Source: Anaerolineales bacterium
Lineage (GTDB): Bacteria > Chloroflexota > Anaerolineae > Anaerolineales > UBA11579
DNA length: 64,000 nucleotides
Direction: 5' to 3'
Assembly (NCBI GenBank): GCA_040902205.1
Contig: JBBDXR010000028.1
Span: 7,390 to 71,389 of the forward strand
Shown: in pieces, positions 44,450 through 54,303 of the stretch
How the letters are laid out: every line of letters begins with the position of its first letter
Position numbering within the stretch: position 1 is the stretch's first letter
Translations under genes and position numbers: made by a program
The notes under the pieces: model-generated
The model's database searches: none
Told to the model about the DNA's origin: nothing
The model's input: the letters and a program-made list of their open reading frames with translations, nothing else

Positions 44450-45811
44450 CTACTTGGGGGCTTGGCCGGCCTGCATGCCTTTTTCCATAGACGCGCGCAG
44501 CGCCAGGCGATAGGCGGCGCGCACTTTATCTAGCACATCTTTATCTGGCCCATCTTGCAGTTGCAGCATCATTGCTGACAGGCTCTCGACGAACTCGGGC
44601 GTTATCTCCTCTTTGTGTTCGGCGATGATCTGCTTGCGAGCTGCTTCATCCGGCGCCTCGACCAGCGCGTTGAGCAACTGCGGGTTGTAACCCGGCGAGA
44701 TCAACTGTTGGATCACCTGCAGCAAAGCTTCCAGCTTTTGCCGGCGGGGAGTATCTTTCGACTTGTCCGCTTCGGCGAGCGCCTGGTTGAGCGCCTGCAG
44801 GAAAAAGTCATCGAGCACGGCCGGGTTTTGCATCAGCAATTCTTCGGGCTTTTCGGCCTGCAGCAACGCTTCCAGGTTGCGCAGCGCCACACCTAAACGG
44901 GCTTGAAGTTGTTCGTCGATCTGCTTGGTGATCTCCAACAGATCTCCGCGCAGCTTGCTCAACTTTTCTTTCTCCGCCCCCTGCGCCTTGTCAATACGCT
45001 CACTAAGCGTCTGGAAGAACACATAGTCCAGACCCGGCCGGGCCATACTGGCCATGGCATTCAGGCGAACCTCGTTGGCGGCTGACTCAACGAGCAGCTC
45101 CAGCAGCTTCTCGCGAGTCAGCTCTTTGCCGGCGGTCTCCAGGGTGCTGCGGGCGGCCTCGATCTCATCGGCCTGCTGCTTGATCTGCTTGCCGAGCTCG
45201 GTGTGCTGCAGCAAGGCTTCCTGCACCTTGCCCAGCTTGGACACATTAGCCTCATCCCGGGCAGCCATGCCGCCCTCCAGCATGCGGCTCAATAGCGTGA
45301 AAAATTCGCTGTCAATCGCCGCGGCCTCGCTCTGCACCAACTTGGGCAAAGCTTCCTCGGAGGCGGTGAGCAAGCGCTGCAGCAGATCCACGCGTTTGCG
45401 CTGGGCTTCGAGCATTTCCTTGGTGATGCCCTCCCCTTTCAGCACCTTTTCGATCAGGCTTTGCAGGGTGAACATTTGCTGGGGTTTGAGCAGATAGCCC
45501 TTGCGCTGCTCCTGCTTGAGGCTGTTGACCACGCGATTGAGCAAGGGAGCGATGCGCCGTTCCTGCTCCATGACAGGCACGTTCAGGTCGTGCGGATAAT
45601 AAGTGAGCAGCAATTCCTTCGAAGCGTCATGATAGATGATAGGCGTGGACAAAGGACCCTGGAAACCGCAGGCCGGGCAGCGCAACACGTTGACCGTGCC
45701 GCTTAACAAGCGCTGCTTGGCTTGCGGGTCGACGCCCGCGTCGAAAAGCTGCTCGATATCGGCCAGCACAGGCTGGCGGCAATTAGGGCATTGGACTTGT
45801 GTTTTTGGCAT
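44450..45811 (-). CDS. CpXC-domain protein with long helical C-terminal region
   Basis: The N-terminus has CPNC...CPAC with intervening conserved spacing. Confidence 0.6.
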   Translation of the reverse strand: MPKTQVQCPNCRQPVLADIEQLFDAGVDPQAKQRLLSGTVNVLRCPACGFQGPLSTPIIYHDASKELLLTYYPHDLNVPVMEQERRIAPLLNRVVNSLKQEQRKGYLLKPQQMFTLQSLIEKVLKGEGITKEMLEAQRKRVDLLQRLLTASEEALPKLVQSEAAAIDSEFFTLLSRMLEGGMAARDEANVSKLGKVQEALLQHTELGKQIKQQADEIEAARSTLETAGKELTREKLLELLVESAANEVRLNAMASMARPGLDYVFFQTLSERIDKAQGAEKEKLSKLRGDLLEITKQIDEQLQARLGVALRNLEALLQAEKPEELLMQNPAVLDDFFLQALNQALAEADKSKDTPRRQKLEALLQVIQQLISPGYNPQLLNALVEAPDEAARKQIIAEHKEEITPEFVESLSAMMLQLQDGPDKDVLDKVRAAYRLALRASMEKGMQAGQAPK

Positions 45812-45831
45812 ATCCTTCTCTCAGGCGTGGT

Positions 45832-47388
45832 CTATTGAGCCCGCGGCAGCGAAAAGCAAATGCGGGCTCCGTCTTTATACTGCGAATCGACCCAAATAGA
45901 GCCTCCGTGGGCCTCCAGGATGGCGCGCGTGAGGTAAAGGCCCAAGCCGGCGCCTTTGACGCTGCGGGCCGTCTCTCCGGCGCGATAGAAGCGGTCAAAG
46001 ACATGCGGAATGTCTCCAGGCGGGATACCCGCCCCCTGGTCCTGCACGCAGACGACCACATGCTCGGGCCGCACCTGGCCGCCGACTCGGATCTCGCCGC
46101 CTTGCGGGGAGTACTTCACGGCGTTCGACAGCAGGTTGAGCATGACCTGGCTGATACGCTGTTCGTCGGCCAGGATCACGGGGAATTCAGCGGGGAAATC
46201 CAGCAAGATCTTATGTTTATCGGTCTGAGTGCGGAAACGTTCGGCCAGGCGTTCCGCCAGATGCGGAAGGGACAGATCGCTGGAATTGAGCGCCAGGCCG
46301 CCAGCCTCCAAGCGGGAGGCATCCAGCAAATTCTCGATGAGTTCATCCAGATGGTCGGCCTCTTCTTCGATCACGGCCAGGCTGTCCTGCACGGTCTTGC
46401 TGTCCCAGCGCACGTCCTCGCGGCGCAAGGTGCCCACGTAGCCTTTGATAAGGGCCACCGGCGTTTTGAGTTCGTGGCTGATGACGGAGATGAAAGTGCT
46501 TTGCATTTCCTCGGCCTGGCGAAAATGGCTGACGTCGCGCACCGATGCGATGATGTTGAGCAACTGACCTTCAATGGTGAGCAGCGGCGCGTAGGTGACG
46601 CCCACGGCTAACGTGCTGCCATCTGAGCGCAGAAGGTCGCCTTCTACGTAGAGCGTGGCTGTGGGCGTGAGCGGCCACCCGCCGGCCTCGGCCTGCTCCA
46701 GCGTGGGACCGTGCGACAGTTCTTTCCAGCGGATGATGTCGTTGTGTTTCTGGCCAATGATCTGCTGGCTGGGTTTGCCGTACAGCCGCGCAAAGGCCGG
46801 ATTGCAGCGCTCGACGTTCCTATTCGGCAGCAGGATGAGGATGCCATCCGCCACCGAGTCGAGGATGGCATCCAGGCGCTGCGCCTGGCTGACGCTCTGG
46901 TCGAACAATTGGGCGTTGCGCACCGCGATGGCGGCCTGGTCGGCGAAGCTTTGCAGCAGCAGGCGGTCTTCGCGCGAGAAAACGCCGCGGTAATTGCGGA
47001 AGACGAAAATGACGCCCAGCACGCGGTTCTGCACGATGAGCGGCAGGCCCACTCCGGTCAACAAGCCCAGGCTGACTTCCTGGGCCAGGCGCTGCAATAA
47101 ACGATTCACTTCGGGGATCTCGAAACGGGCGGCTTCTTCGTAATCGGGTACCTCGGCCAGCAGCGGATCCAGGTAACGGATCAGTGGCGCGGGGATGCCG
47201 TGATAGGCCGCCAGGTTCCAGCCGCCCTGGTCGCCGCGCAAGGCCACCAGGCCGGCCTGGCCGGCCAGCAGTTCGGCGGCGTGCTGCAGAATACGCGCCA
47301 GCACCTCATCCAGGTCAAGGTCCTGGGTGATGGCGCGAGCGATCTCCAGAAGATAATCGCGTTGGCGGACTCTGAAATCAGGCAGCAT
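45832..47388 (-). CDS. sensor histidine kinase (GAF-PAS-HisKA-HATPase)
   Basis: H-box ISHELKTP; N/G boxes LLSNAVKY and GAGLGL. Confidence 0.9.
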   Translation of the reverse strand: MLPDFRVRQRDYLLEIARAITQDLDLDEVLARILQHAAELLAGQAGLVALRGDQGGWNLAAYHGIPAPLIRYLDPLLAEVPDYEEAARFEIPEVNRLLQRLAQEVSLGLLTGVGLPLIVQNRVLGVIFVFRNYRGVFSREDRLLLQSFADQAAIAVRNAQLFDQSVSQAQRLDAILDSVADGILILLPNRNVERCNPAFARLYGKPSQQIIGQKHNDIIRWKELSHGPTLEQAEAGGWPLTPTATLYVEGDLLRSDGSTLAVGVTYAPLLTIEGQLLNIIASVRDVSHFRQAEEMQSTFISVISHELKTPVALIKGYVGTLRREDVRWDSKTVQDSLAVIEEEADHLDELIENLLDASRLEAGGLALNSSDLSLPHLAERLAERFRTQTDKHKILLDFPAEFPVILADEQRISQVMLNLLSNAVKYSPQGGEIRVGGQVRPEHVVVCVQDQGAGIPPGDIPHVFDRFYRAGETARSVKGAGLGLYLTRAILEAHGGSIWVDSQYKDGARICFSLPRAQ

Positions 47389-47420
47389 GGCGAGGGTTCC
47401 CCCTGGAACGAATAGGGATC

Positions 47421-48764
47421 CTAGCTCTTCGGCAAACTTTTTTCAACGATGTCTACAGCCTTGTCGATGATCTCGGCGGGAATATCCAGCATGCCGCGGA
47501 AGCGAATGGAGCGGTTGCCGGCCTTGAGAGCATACACACCGTTCTCCTTCATGCGTTCGATCATCGCGTCGCGCTTGGGCTTATCCGGCACGTCGAAGGC
47601 CGCCATCATGCCGCGGCCGCGCACGTTGCTGATGAACCCCTTGGAGACGGCGGCGGCGTTCTGCAGGCCGGCCAGCAACTTCTCGCCCATGAGTCGGGTG
47701 TGATCCAGCAGCTTCTCTGCGTGCATGATCTCCAGGAAGCGGGTGGCGCGCACCATATCGGTGAGGTCGCCGCCCCAGGTGGAGTTGATGCGACTCTCCT
47801 CGTGGAACACGTTGTCGGCCACATCGTCGATGCGCGGGCCGACAATGATGCCGCACACTTGCGCCTTCTTGCCGAAGACGATGATGTCCGGCTTCACGCC
47901 CATGTGCTCGATGGCCCACATCTTGCCGGTGATGCCCATACCACTCTGGATCTCGTCGAGGATGAAGAGGAACTCATGCTCGTCGGCCAGGCGGCGCAAG
48001 GCGGCGAAGAACTCGGGACGGAAATGATTGTCCCCTCCCTCGCCCTGGATGGTCTCGATGATCAGCGCGGCGATGTCGCCGGGATACTGGCGCACGGCCG
48101 TCTCGATCTGGGCGATGGCGATCTCTTCGGCGCGCTGAACCTCGGCCAGGACCTCCGCGGTCACCGGGAAATGCAGCTTGGGATTGATGACCCGCGGCCA
48201 ATCGAACTTGGGAAAGTAAAGGAACTTACGGACGTCTTCCGTATTGGTCATGGAAACGGTGTAGCCGGAGCGGCCGTGGAAGGCCTCGCGGAAATGGATG
48301 ATCTTGGTGCCCAGCCCATCGATGCGATGCGGCTGGCCCCTGGGCGCAGGCTCGCCCACGCGGGCAAAGTTCTTGCGCGCCTTCCAGTCGAAGGCCACTT
48401 TGAGGGCATTTTCCACCGCCAGGGCCCCGCCGCTGATCAGGAAGAGATGCTTCATATCAGCGGGCATGGCCAGGCGGGCGAAAGTCCCGACGAACTCAGC
48501 CATCTGAACGGTATAAAAGTCGGAGGAAGATGGCTTGGTGATCGCCACCGTCAGCAGCTTCTCAATGAAGTCGGAATCGTGCATCTTGGGGTGGTTATGG
48601 CCCAGAGGAGCGCTGGCAAAATAGGTGAAGAAATCGATGTAATCCTTGCCGGTTAATGCGTCGTGCAAATAAGGCCCTTGAGAGCGTTCCAGGTCCACAA
48701 CGATGGGCTCGCTGCCTTCAGGCAGATATTTACCGATAAGGCCGTGGACTTCAGAAGGCTTCAT
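47421..48764 (-). CDS. lat: class-III aminotransferase, L-lysine 6-transaminase-like
   Basis: The N-terminus and the FILDEIQSGMG...GKK PLP-lysine region resemble LAT enzymes. Confidence 0.75.
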   Translation of the reverse strand: MKPSEVHGLIGKYLPEGSEPIVVDLERSQGPYLHDALTGKDYIDFFTYFASAPLGHNHPKMHDSDFIEKLLTVAITKPSSSDFYTVQMAEFVGTFARLAMPADMKHLFLISGGALAVENALKVAFDWKARKNFARVGEPAPRGQPHRIDGLGTKIIHFREAFHGRSGYTVSMTNTEDVRKFLYFPKFDWPRVINPKLHFPVTAEVLAEVQRAEEIAIAQIETAVRQYPGDIAALIIETIQGEGGDNHFRPEFFAALRRLADEHEFLFILDEIQSGMGITGKMWAIEHMGVKPDIIVFGKKAQVCGIIVGPRIDDVADNVFHEESRINSTWGGDLTDMVRATRFLEIMHAEKLLDHTRLMGEKLLAGLQNAAAVSKGFISNVRGRGMMAAFDVPDKPKRDAMIERMKENGVYALKAGNRSIRFRGMLDIPAEIIDKAVDIVEKSLPKS

Positions 48765-48897
48765 TCAGGGCAGCTCCAATGTGTGAATTGAGGGACAAAC
48801 GAAGATTATAACATTCGGGCAAAGGGCCTTGGAAAAGCCGAACGGTATAATGCCGGAGCATGGATTTCGCCCGCCCCACCACCTCAAAAACAACGCT

Positions 48898-51267
48898 ATG
48901 ACGACCGAAATTGCCCTTACCCTGGGGATCTTGGGCGTGGCCGTGTTCCTGCTGGCCTTCGAACGGCTGCGCGCCGACCTGATCGCCCTATTGGTGCTGC
49001 TGGCGCTGGCCGTAACCGGGCTGGTAACACCTGGAGAGGCATTTTCGGGGTTCAGCAACCCGGCGATCATCACCATCTGGGCAATGTTCATCCTGGGCGC
49101 CGGGCTGGCCCGCACCGGGGTAGCCAACCTGCTGGGGCGCAGCATGGTAAGGCTGGGCGGCCAACGCGAGGGCGGGTTCGTCGCCGTCCTCATGCTCCTG
49201 GTGGCTGGGCTCTCTGCCTTCATGAATAGCACGGCCATCGTGGCCATGTTTCTGCCGGTCATCAGCTTCGTGGCTAGGAAACGCCACCTCCTGCTCTCCA
49301 AATTGCTGATGCCCCTGGCATTTGGCACGCTGCTGGGCGGAGTGAATACCCTGATCAGCACCCCGCCGAACATCCTGGTAAACAACGCCCTCCTGGAGTT
49401 CAACGGCCGGAGCTTTGGCTTCTTCGATTTTCTACTTGCAGGCCTGCCGGTCACTCTGGCCGGCATCGCCTTCATGTTAGTGGTCGGCCGGCACTGGCTG
49501 CCCCAACGAGACCTGGCCGGCGAAATTCGCCGGGCCAGCATGGAGCCCGGCAAGCTGTACGGCCTGGAAGAAAGGTTCTTCTCGCTGCGGCTGCCAGCGC
49601 AGAGCCGCCTGGCAGGCAAGAAGCTATCGGAAAGCCGGCTGGGCACCGCCCTGAAGCTCAACGTGATCGGCATCACGCGCGGCAGGAAGACACTGTTAAG
49701 CCCGGGGCCGGAGACGACCTTGCAGGATAACGACCAACTGCTGGTGCTGGGAAAGTCCGACTGGCTGCAAAACCTGATCGCCGGGCAAGCACTTAGCCTG
49801 GAAACAAACGGCAACCAGGTGGCCGAAAATGAAAAGATCAAACTGAATGTGAAATCGCTGGTGTCGTCGCAGGTCGCCTTATTGGAGCTGAGCGTGCCCT
49901 CGGATTCGCCCATCATCGGGCGCAGCCTGGCGCAATGCGATTTTCGCAGGTTGTACCGGGCGAACGTGCTGGCGATCTGGCGCGGCGCCAAACCGGTACG
50001 CACCAATCTGCAGGACATTCCCTTGCATGCGGATGATCGGCTGCTGGTGCAAGCCAGCCGGGCGCAGCTCAATAAGCTACGCACCTCCAAGGATTTTGTC
50101 CCCGGCGGCGAGGATGCGGTCAAGGCCTACCAGCTCGAAGAACGGTTGCTGATGCTGGCTATCCCTGAAGGCTCCAAGCTGGCGGGCAAGACGCTGGCGG
50201 ACAGCGAACTGGCCGACTCCTTCGGCCTTTCAGTGCTGGGCATTTGGCGCAAAGGAAAAGCGCGCCTGATGCCAAAGCCTGGTGAGCGGCTGCAGATCGG
50301 CGACCAACTGGTGGTCGAGGGACGCCTGGAAGACGTGGAATTGCTGAAAGCGATGAAGGAACTGGAGATCGAGCAAGGCCAGGTGCCGCCACTGACCGAA
50401 CTGGAGACCGAAGACCTGGGGCTGGAGGAAGCCGTGGTTTCGCCCCACTCCAAGTTAGGGGGCAAGACTCTGCGCGACCTGCAGTTCCGCGAGAAATACG
50501 GCCTGAACGTGTTGGCCCTCTGGGGCGGCGGGCGCGCCTATCGCTCGAACTTGCGCGAGCTGCCTTTGCATCACGGCGATTCGGTGCTGATCTACGGCCA
50601 CCGCGACCGCATCAAGATGCTGGCAGATGAAGGTGAATTCGTGGTGCTCTCGGCGGAGATCCAGGAAGCCCCCAAGCGAAATAAGGCGCTGCTGGCCGCG
50701 CTGATCATGGCCGGCGTGGTGGCCGCGGCCGGGCTGGGCTTGGCGCCGATTGCCATCGCCGCCATCGCCGGCGCGGCGGCCATGGTGCTCGCGCACTGTT
50801 TGACCATGGAGGAAGCCCAGAAGTCTATCCAATGGCCTGTGGTCTTTTTGATCGCCGGAATGCTGCCCTTGGGCATCGCGCTGCAGAATAGCGGGACGGC
50901 ATCCTACTTGAGCGGCTATGTTTTCGCGGGAGCCAACACCTGGAGCACCGTCCAACTTCTGGCCGTGCTATTTATCGTGACCAATTTGCTCGCCCAGGTG
51001 ATCCCTCCGCCGGTGGTGGCGGTCATCATCCCCAGCCTGGTGTTAAGCGGCGCCTCGGGACTGCAAGCCTCGCCGCAAGCCCTGCTGCTCACCGTGGCCA
51101 TGGCGGCATCTCTGCCTTTTCTAAGCCCCATCAGCCATCCCGCCAACCTGTTGGTCATGGGGCCGGGAGGCTATCGCTTTACGGATTACACGAAAGTCGG
51201 TTTCCTGCTTACCATCCTGGTGATGCTCATTTCAATCGTGGCCATCCCGTATTTCTGGCCGATGTAA
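48898..51267 (+). CDS. SLC13/DASS-family permease with central TrkA-C (RCK_C) domains
   Basis: Multi-TM N- and C-terminal halves flank about four repeated GK.L.e..lr....v.v..i.R units. The start is set at ATG 48898. Confidence 0.8.
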   Translation: MTTEIALTLGILGVAVFLLAFERLRADLIALLVLLALAVTGLVTPGEAFSGFSNPAIITIWAMFILGAGLARTGVANLLGRSMVRLGGQREGGFVAVLMLLVAGLSAFMNSTAIVAMFLPVISFVARKRHLLLSKLLMPLAFGTLLGGVNTLISTPPNILVNNALLEFNGRSFGFFDFLLAGLPVTLAGIAFMLVVGRHWLPQRDLAGEIRRASMEPGKLYGLEERFFSLRLPAQSRLAGKKLSESRLGTALKLNVIGITRGRKTLLSPGPETTLQDNDQLLVLGKSDWLQNLIAGQALSLETNGNQVAENEKIKLNVKSLVSSQVALLELSVPSDSPIIGRSLAQCDFRRLYRANVLAIWRGAKPVRTNLQDIPLHADDRLLVQASRAQLNKLRTSKDFVPGGEDAVKAYQLEERLLMLAIPEGSKLAGKTLADSELADSFGLSVLGIWRKGKARLMPKPGERLQIGDQLVVEGRLEDVELLKAMKELEIEQGQVPPLTELETEDLGLEEAVVSPHSKLGGKTLRDLQFREKYGLNVLALWGGGRAYRSNLRELPLHHGDSVLIYGHRDRIKMLADEGEFVVLSAEIQEAPKRNKALLAALIMAGVVAAAGLGLAPIAIAAIAGAAAMVLAHCLTMEEAQKSIQWPVVFLIAGMLPLGIALQNSGTASYLSGYVFAGANTWSTVQLLAVLFIVTNLLAQVIPPPVVAVIIPSLVLSGASGLQASPQALLLTVAMAASLPFLSPISHPANLLVMGPGGYRFTDYTKVGFLLTILVMLISIVAIPYFWPM

Positions 51268-51271
51268 ATCA

Positions 51272-52411
51272 ATGCCCGCCGCGTTCCAATTCAAGCTGGA
51301 AGGGAAAGACGGCCGCGCCCGTGCTGGGCGTTTTTCGACTCCGCATGGCGACCTCGAAACGCCGCTGTTTGCGCCAGTGGGCACCCAGGCCACGGTAAAA
51401 GCCATTACCCCAGCCCAGCTCCAAGAGATGGGCGCCAGCCTGGTGCTGGCCAACACTTATCACCTGGTTCTGCGGCCCAGCGACAAGCTCGTTGCCGAAT
51501 TGGGCGGCCTGCATGAGTTCATGCAATGGCCCAAGCCGATCCTTACCGACTCCGGCGGCTTCCAGGTGTTCTCGCTGGCGGCCCGCCGCCAGGTGGATGA
51601 CGACGGCGTCACCTTTCGCAGCCACCTGGACGGCTCGAGCCATCGCTTCACGCCGGAATCGGTGATGGCCATCCAGGAGAACCTGGGGGCAGACATCATC
51701 ATGGCCTTCGATGAATGCGCCGAACCGCGCGACCGCGCTTACAACGAAGCCGCCGTGGCGCGCACGCACTCCTGGGCGCGCCGCTGCCTGGAGGCGAAGA
51801 AGCGCAGCGACCAGGCTCTGTTCGGCATCCTGCAGGGCGGTATTTTCCCCGACCTGCGCCGGCAATCCGCCGAATTCATCGCTGCCCAGGGATTCGACGG
51901 GCATGCCATCGGCGGGCTCTCGGTGGGCGAAAGCAAAGCAGACATGCACCGCGTGCTTGAGGCGGTGGACGCCATCCTACCGGAGGACAAGCCGCGCTAT
52001 TTAATGGGCGTGGGCACGCCGGAGGATGTGGTGGAAGGCGTGCGCCGCGGCGTGGACCTATTTGATTGCGTGCTGCCCACGCGCATGGGCCGCAATAACG
52101 CGGTGTTCCTGCGCTCGGGCCAGCGGCTCAACCTCAAGAACGCCGAGTTTGCCAAAGACACCAACCCCATCGACGAGAAATGCGGCTGCTATGCATGCCG
52201 CACCTTCAGCCGCGCCTATCTGCGCCACCTGATCCAGGCCAAGGAAATGTTGGCGGCCACACTGCTCTCGATCCATAATCTGCACACCCTGATCCATTTG
52301 GCCAAAGACCTGCGCGCCGCGATCTTGGACGGAACCTTCGAGGCGTTCGCCGCGGCACTGAACATAAAGAAGACAGCCGCGTCCGGCGAAGAAATGGCGC
52401 GTATCGAGTAA
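51272..52411 (+). CDS. tgt: queuine tRNA-ribosyltransferase
   Basis: FETPLFAPVGT, TDSGGFQV, and the zinc motif CxC..C plus H near the C-terminus. Confidence 0.95.
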   Translation: MPAAFQFKLEGKDGRARAGRFSTPHGDLETPLFAPVGTQATVKAITPAQLQEMGASLVLANTYHLVLRPSDKLVAELGGLHEFMQWPKPILTDSGGFQVFSLAARRQVDDDGVTFRSHLDGSSHRFTPESVMAIQENLGADIIMAFDECAEPRDRAYNEAAVARTHSWARRCLEAKKRSDQALFGILQGGIFPDLRRQSAEFIAAQGFDGHAIGGLSVGESKADMHRVLEAVDAILPEDKPRYLMGVGTPEDVVEGVRRGVDLFDCVLPTRMGRNNAVFLRSGQRLNLKNAEFAKDTNPIDEKCGCYACRTFSRAYLRHLIQAKEMLAATLLSIHNLHTLIHLAKDLRAAILDGTFEAFAAALNIKKTAASGEEMARIE

Positions 52412-52436
52412 GATACGCGCCGCACCCTCAAACCTC

Positions 52437-53249
52437 ATGGACCTCATCCACGCCCTCTTGCTCGGCGCCATCCAGGGCGTCACGGAATTCCTGCCCATCT
52501 CCAGCACCGGCCACCTCATCCTTACCCGACACTTGTTCGGCATCCAGCAGGACGCGTTGGCTGCGTCCCTGTTCGATATCCTGATCCAATTGGGAACCTG
52601 GGTGGCCGTGCTGATCTACTACCGGCAGGACGTTGTGGCGATCACCAAGGATACCTGGGGAGCGATACGCGGGAAACCGGGGCCTCAAGCGCGCCTGGGT
52701 TGGCTGCTGCTCCTGGCGACCTTGCCGGCGGTCGTCATCGGATGGCTGCTGAAGGGTTCGATCATTGGGGATCTGAACGGGCTGTTTCTGACCGGCGTCT
52801 TCCTAATCGGCAATACCCTCCTGCTCCTGCTGGCCGAATATGTCGACCGCCGCCCCCGCGCAGGAAGGACGTTGAACGAGGCTGACGCGCTCACTATCGG
52901 GGGGTTCCAGGTATTAGCCCTGCTGCCCGCTATCTCGCGTTCGGCGGCCACGTTGGCCGGCGGCATGGTGCGCAACCTCACCCGCCCGGACGCGGCGCGT
53001 TTCGCCTTTTTGATGGCCATCCCCATCATGCCTGCGGCGGCTGTAGTGGCCTTCCTCGATCTGGGCAGCCTGCCTAACGCGCAGGGGTTGCTGCTGCCGT
53101 TGCTCGCCGGTTTCTTGGCCGCCACCGTGGTGGGCTACTTCGCCATCCGCTGGCTGCTCGGTTATCTATCCCACCGGTCGACCTGGCCCTTTGCCATCTA
53201 CTGCCTGATCGCCGGCCTACTCACAATTGCAGTTAGCTTAGTTCTATGA
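52437..53249 (+). CDS. uppP: undecaprenyl-diphosphate phosphatase
   Basis: GVTEFLPISS.GH N-terminus and SRS..T motif; multi-TM. Confidence 0.92.
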   Translation: MDLIHALLLGAIQGVTEFLPISSTGHLILTRHLFGIQQDALAASLFDILIQLGTWVAVLIYYRQDVVAITKDTWGAIRGKPGPQARLGWLLLLATLPAVVIGWLLKGSIIGDLNGLFLTGVFLIGNTLLLLLAEYVDRRPRAGRTLNEADALTIGGFQVLALLPAISRSAATLAGGMVRNLTRPDAARFAFLMAIPIMPAAAVVAFLDLGSLPNAQGLLLPLLAGFLAATVVGYFAIRWLLGYLSHRSTWPFAIYCLIAGLLTIAVSLVL

Positions 53250-53974
53250 AGAGCGCCAAGTTCCTGGCTTTGTTAACCCTGAGCGTTGTGCTGGCGGCCT
53301 GCGCGGCACCGGCGGTTGAGGTGCAAACTCTGCGCATCGGGTTAAGCCCGGCGGCCCATCCAGTGACCGAAGCTATTTCCGTCTGCGTGCCTAACGCGCC
53401 GGACCTGGCTATTTCGATCCAGGCCATTTACCCGAACGCGGTTGATCTGGACGCGTTGGACGTCTACATCCAACTGGACGAACCGGATGAATTGCCTGCT
53501 TTCGTAGCGCAGCTTGCCTGGGAGGATGTTGTCGTTGTCTTGCATGCGAGCAATGAGCTCGACTTGGACCTGGAGCAAATTGCCGACCTGTTCAGCGGTC
53601 GCGTGCAGGATTGGTCCGAATTAGGCGGCGAGGACGCTGACATCTCACTTTGGGTGGGCTTGGCCAGCGAGGAAGCGCGCCTAGCTTTCGTAGAAAGCGT
53701 AGCGCACGGCAGCCCGGTGGTCGGCTGGGCTAAGTTGGCGGCCACCCCGGCGGATCTGTTGGCCGCCGTGGCGGCAGATCCGCAAGCGGCTGGCATACTG
53801 CCGGCAGCCTGGGCCAATGAAACCGTGCAGGCGATCGACCTGGGATTGCGCCTGCCGGTCCTTGCGCTGGCTGTGGAAGAACCCAGCGGCGCGGCGCGCG
53901 ATCTGCTGGCCTGTCTGCAGGGCGAAGTGGGGCAAGCCGTTCTTGCCGAGAGCTATTCCGCAATCAACCCATAG
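53246..53974 (+). CDS. lipoprotein with PstS/PBP-like substrate-binding fold
   Basis: Lipobox VLAAC. The FSGRVQDWSELGG motif is typical of the PBP_like_2 family. Confidence 0.55.
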   Translation: MKSAKFLALLTLSVVLAACAAPAVEVQTLRIGLSPAAHPVTEAISVCVPNAPDLAISIQAIYPNAVDLDALDVYIQLDEPDELPAFVAQLAWEDVVVVLHASNELDLDLEQIADLFSGRVQDWSELGGEDADISLWVGLASEEARLAFVESVAHGSPVVGWAKLAATPADLLAAVAADPQAAGILPAAWANETVQAIDLGLRLPVLALAVEEPSGAARDLLACLQGEVGQAVLAESYSAINP

Positions 53975-53982
53975 GAGCCAGA

Positions 53983-54303
53983 ATGAAATCCTTCGATTTG
54001 GCACAAATAGAGAACAGGGCCTTCGAACACGGCCAACCCTACTTCGAATTCCTGCGCTCTCCTTCGTTGAGCATGGGCCTGTACAGGCTGCCCGAAGGAG
54101 CTAGCGATCCGCAGTCCCCGCACAAGCAAGATGAGGTGTATTACGTCTTATCGGGGAATGCCAAACTCCAGATCAACGGCGAGACTCTGCCGGCGCTGCC
54201 GGGCGCCATTTTTTTCGTCGAGGCGGGCGCCCCCCACAAATTTATTGAGATCAAGAACTTTCTGGAATTGCTGGTCTTCTTCGCTCCCCCGGAAGAAAGC
54301 TAG
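53983..54303 (+). CDS. cupin-domain protein
   Basis: H..DEVYYVL.G...L...G....L.PG....V.AG..H.F pattern. Confidence 0.8.
   Translation: MKSFDLAQIENRAFEHGQPYFEFLRSPSLSMGLYRLPEGASDPQSPHKQDEVYYVLSGNAKLQINGETLPALPGAIFFVEAGAPHKFIEIKNFLELLVFFAPPEES

Noticed and set aside
48765-50123. 452-aa ORF on the minus strand
   Set aside because: It is antisense to the well-supported SLC13 permease gene. It has low-complexity Ser/Arg/Pro-rich content and overlaps the lat stop.
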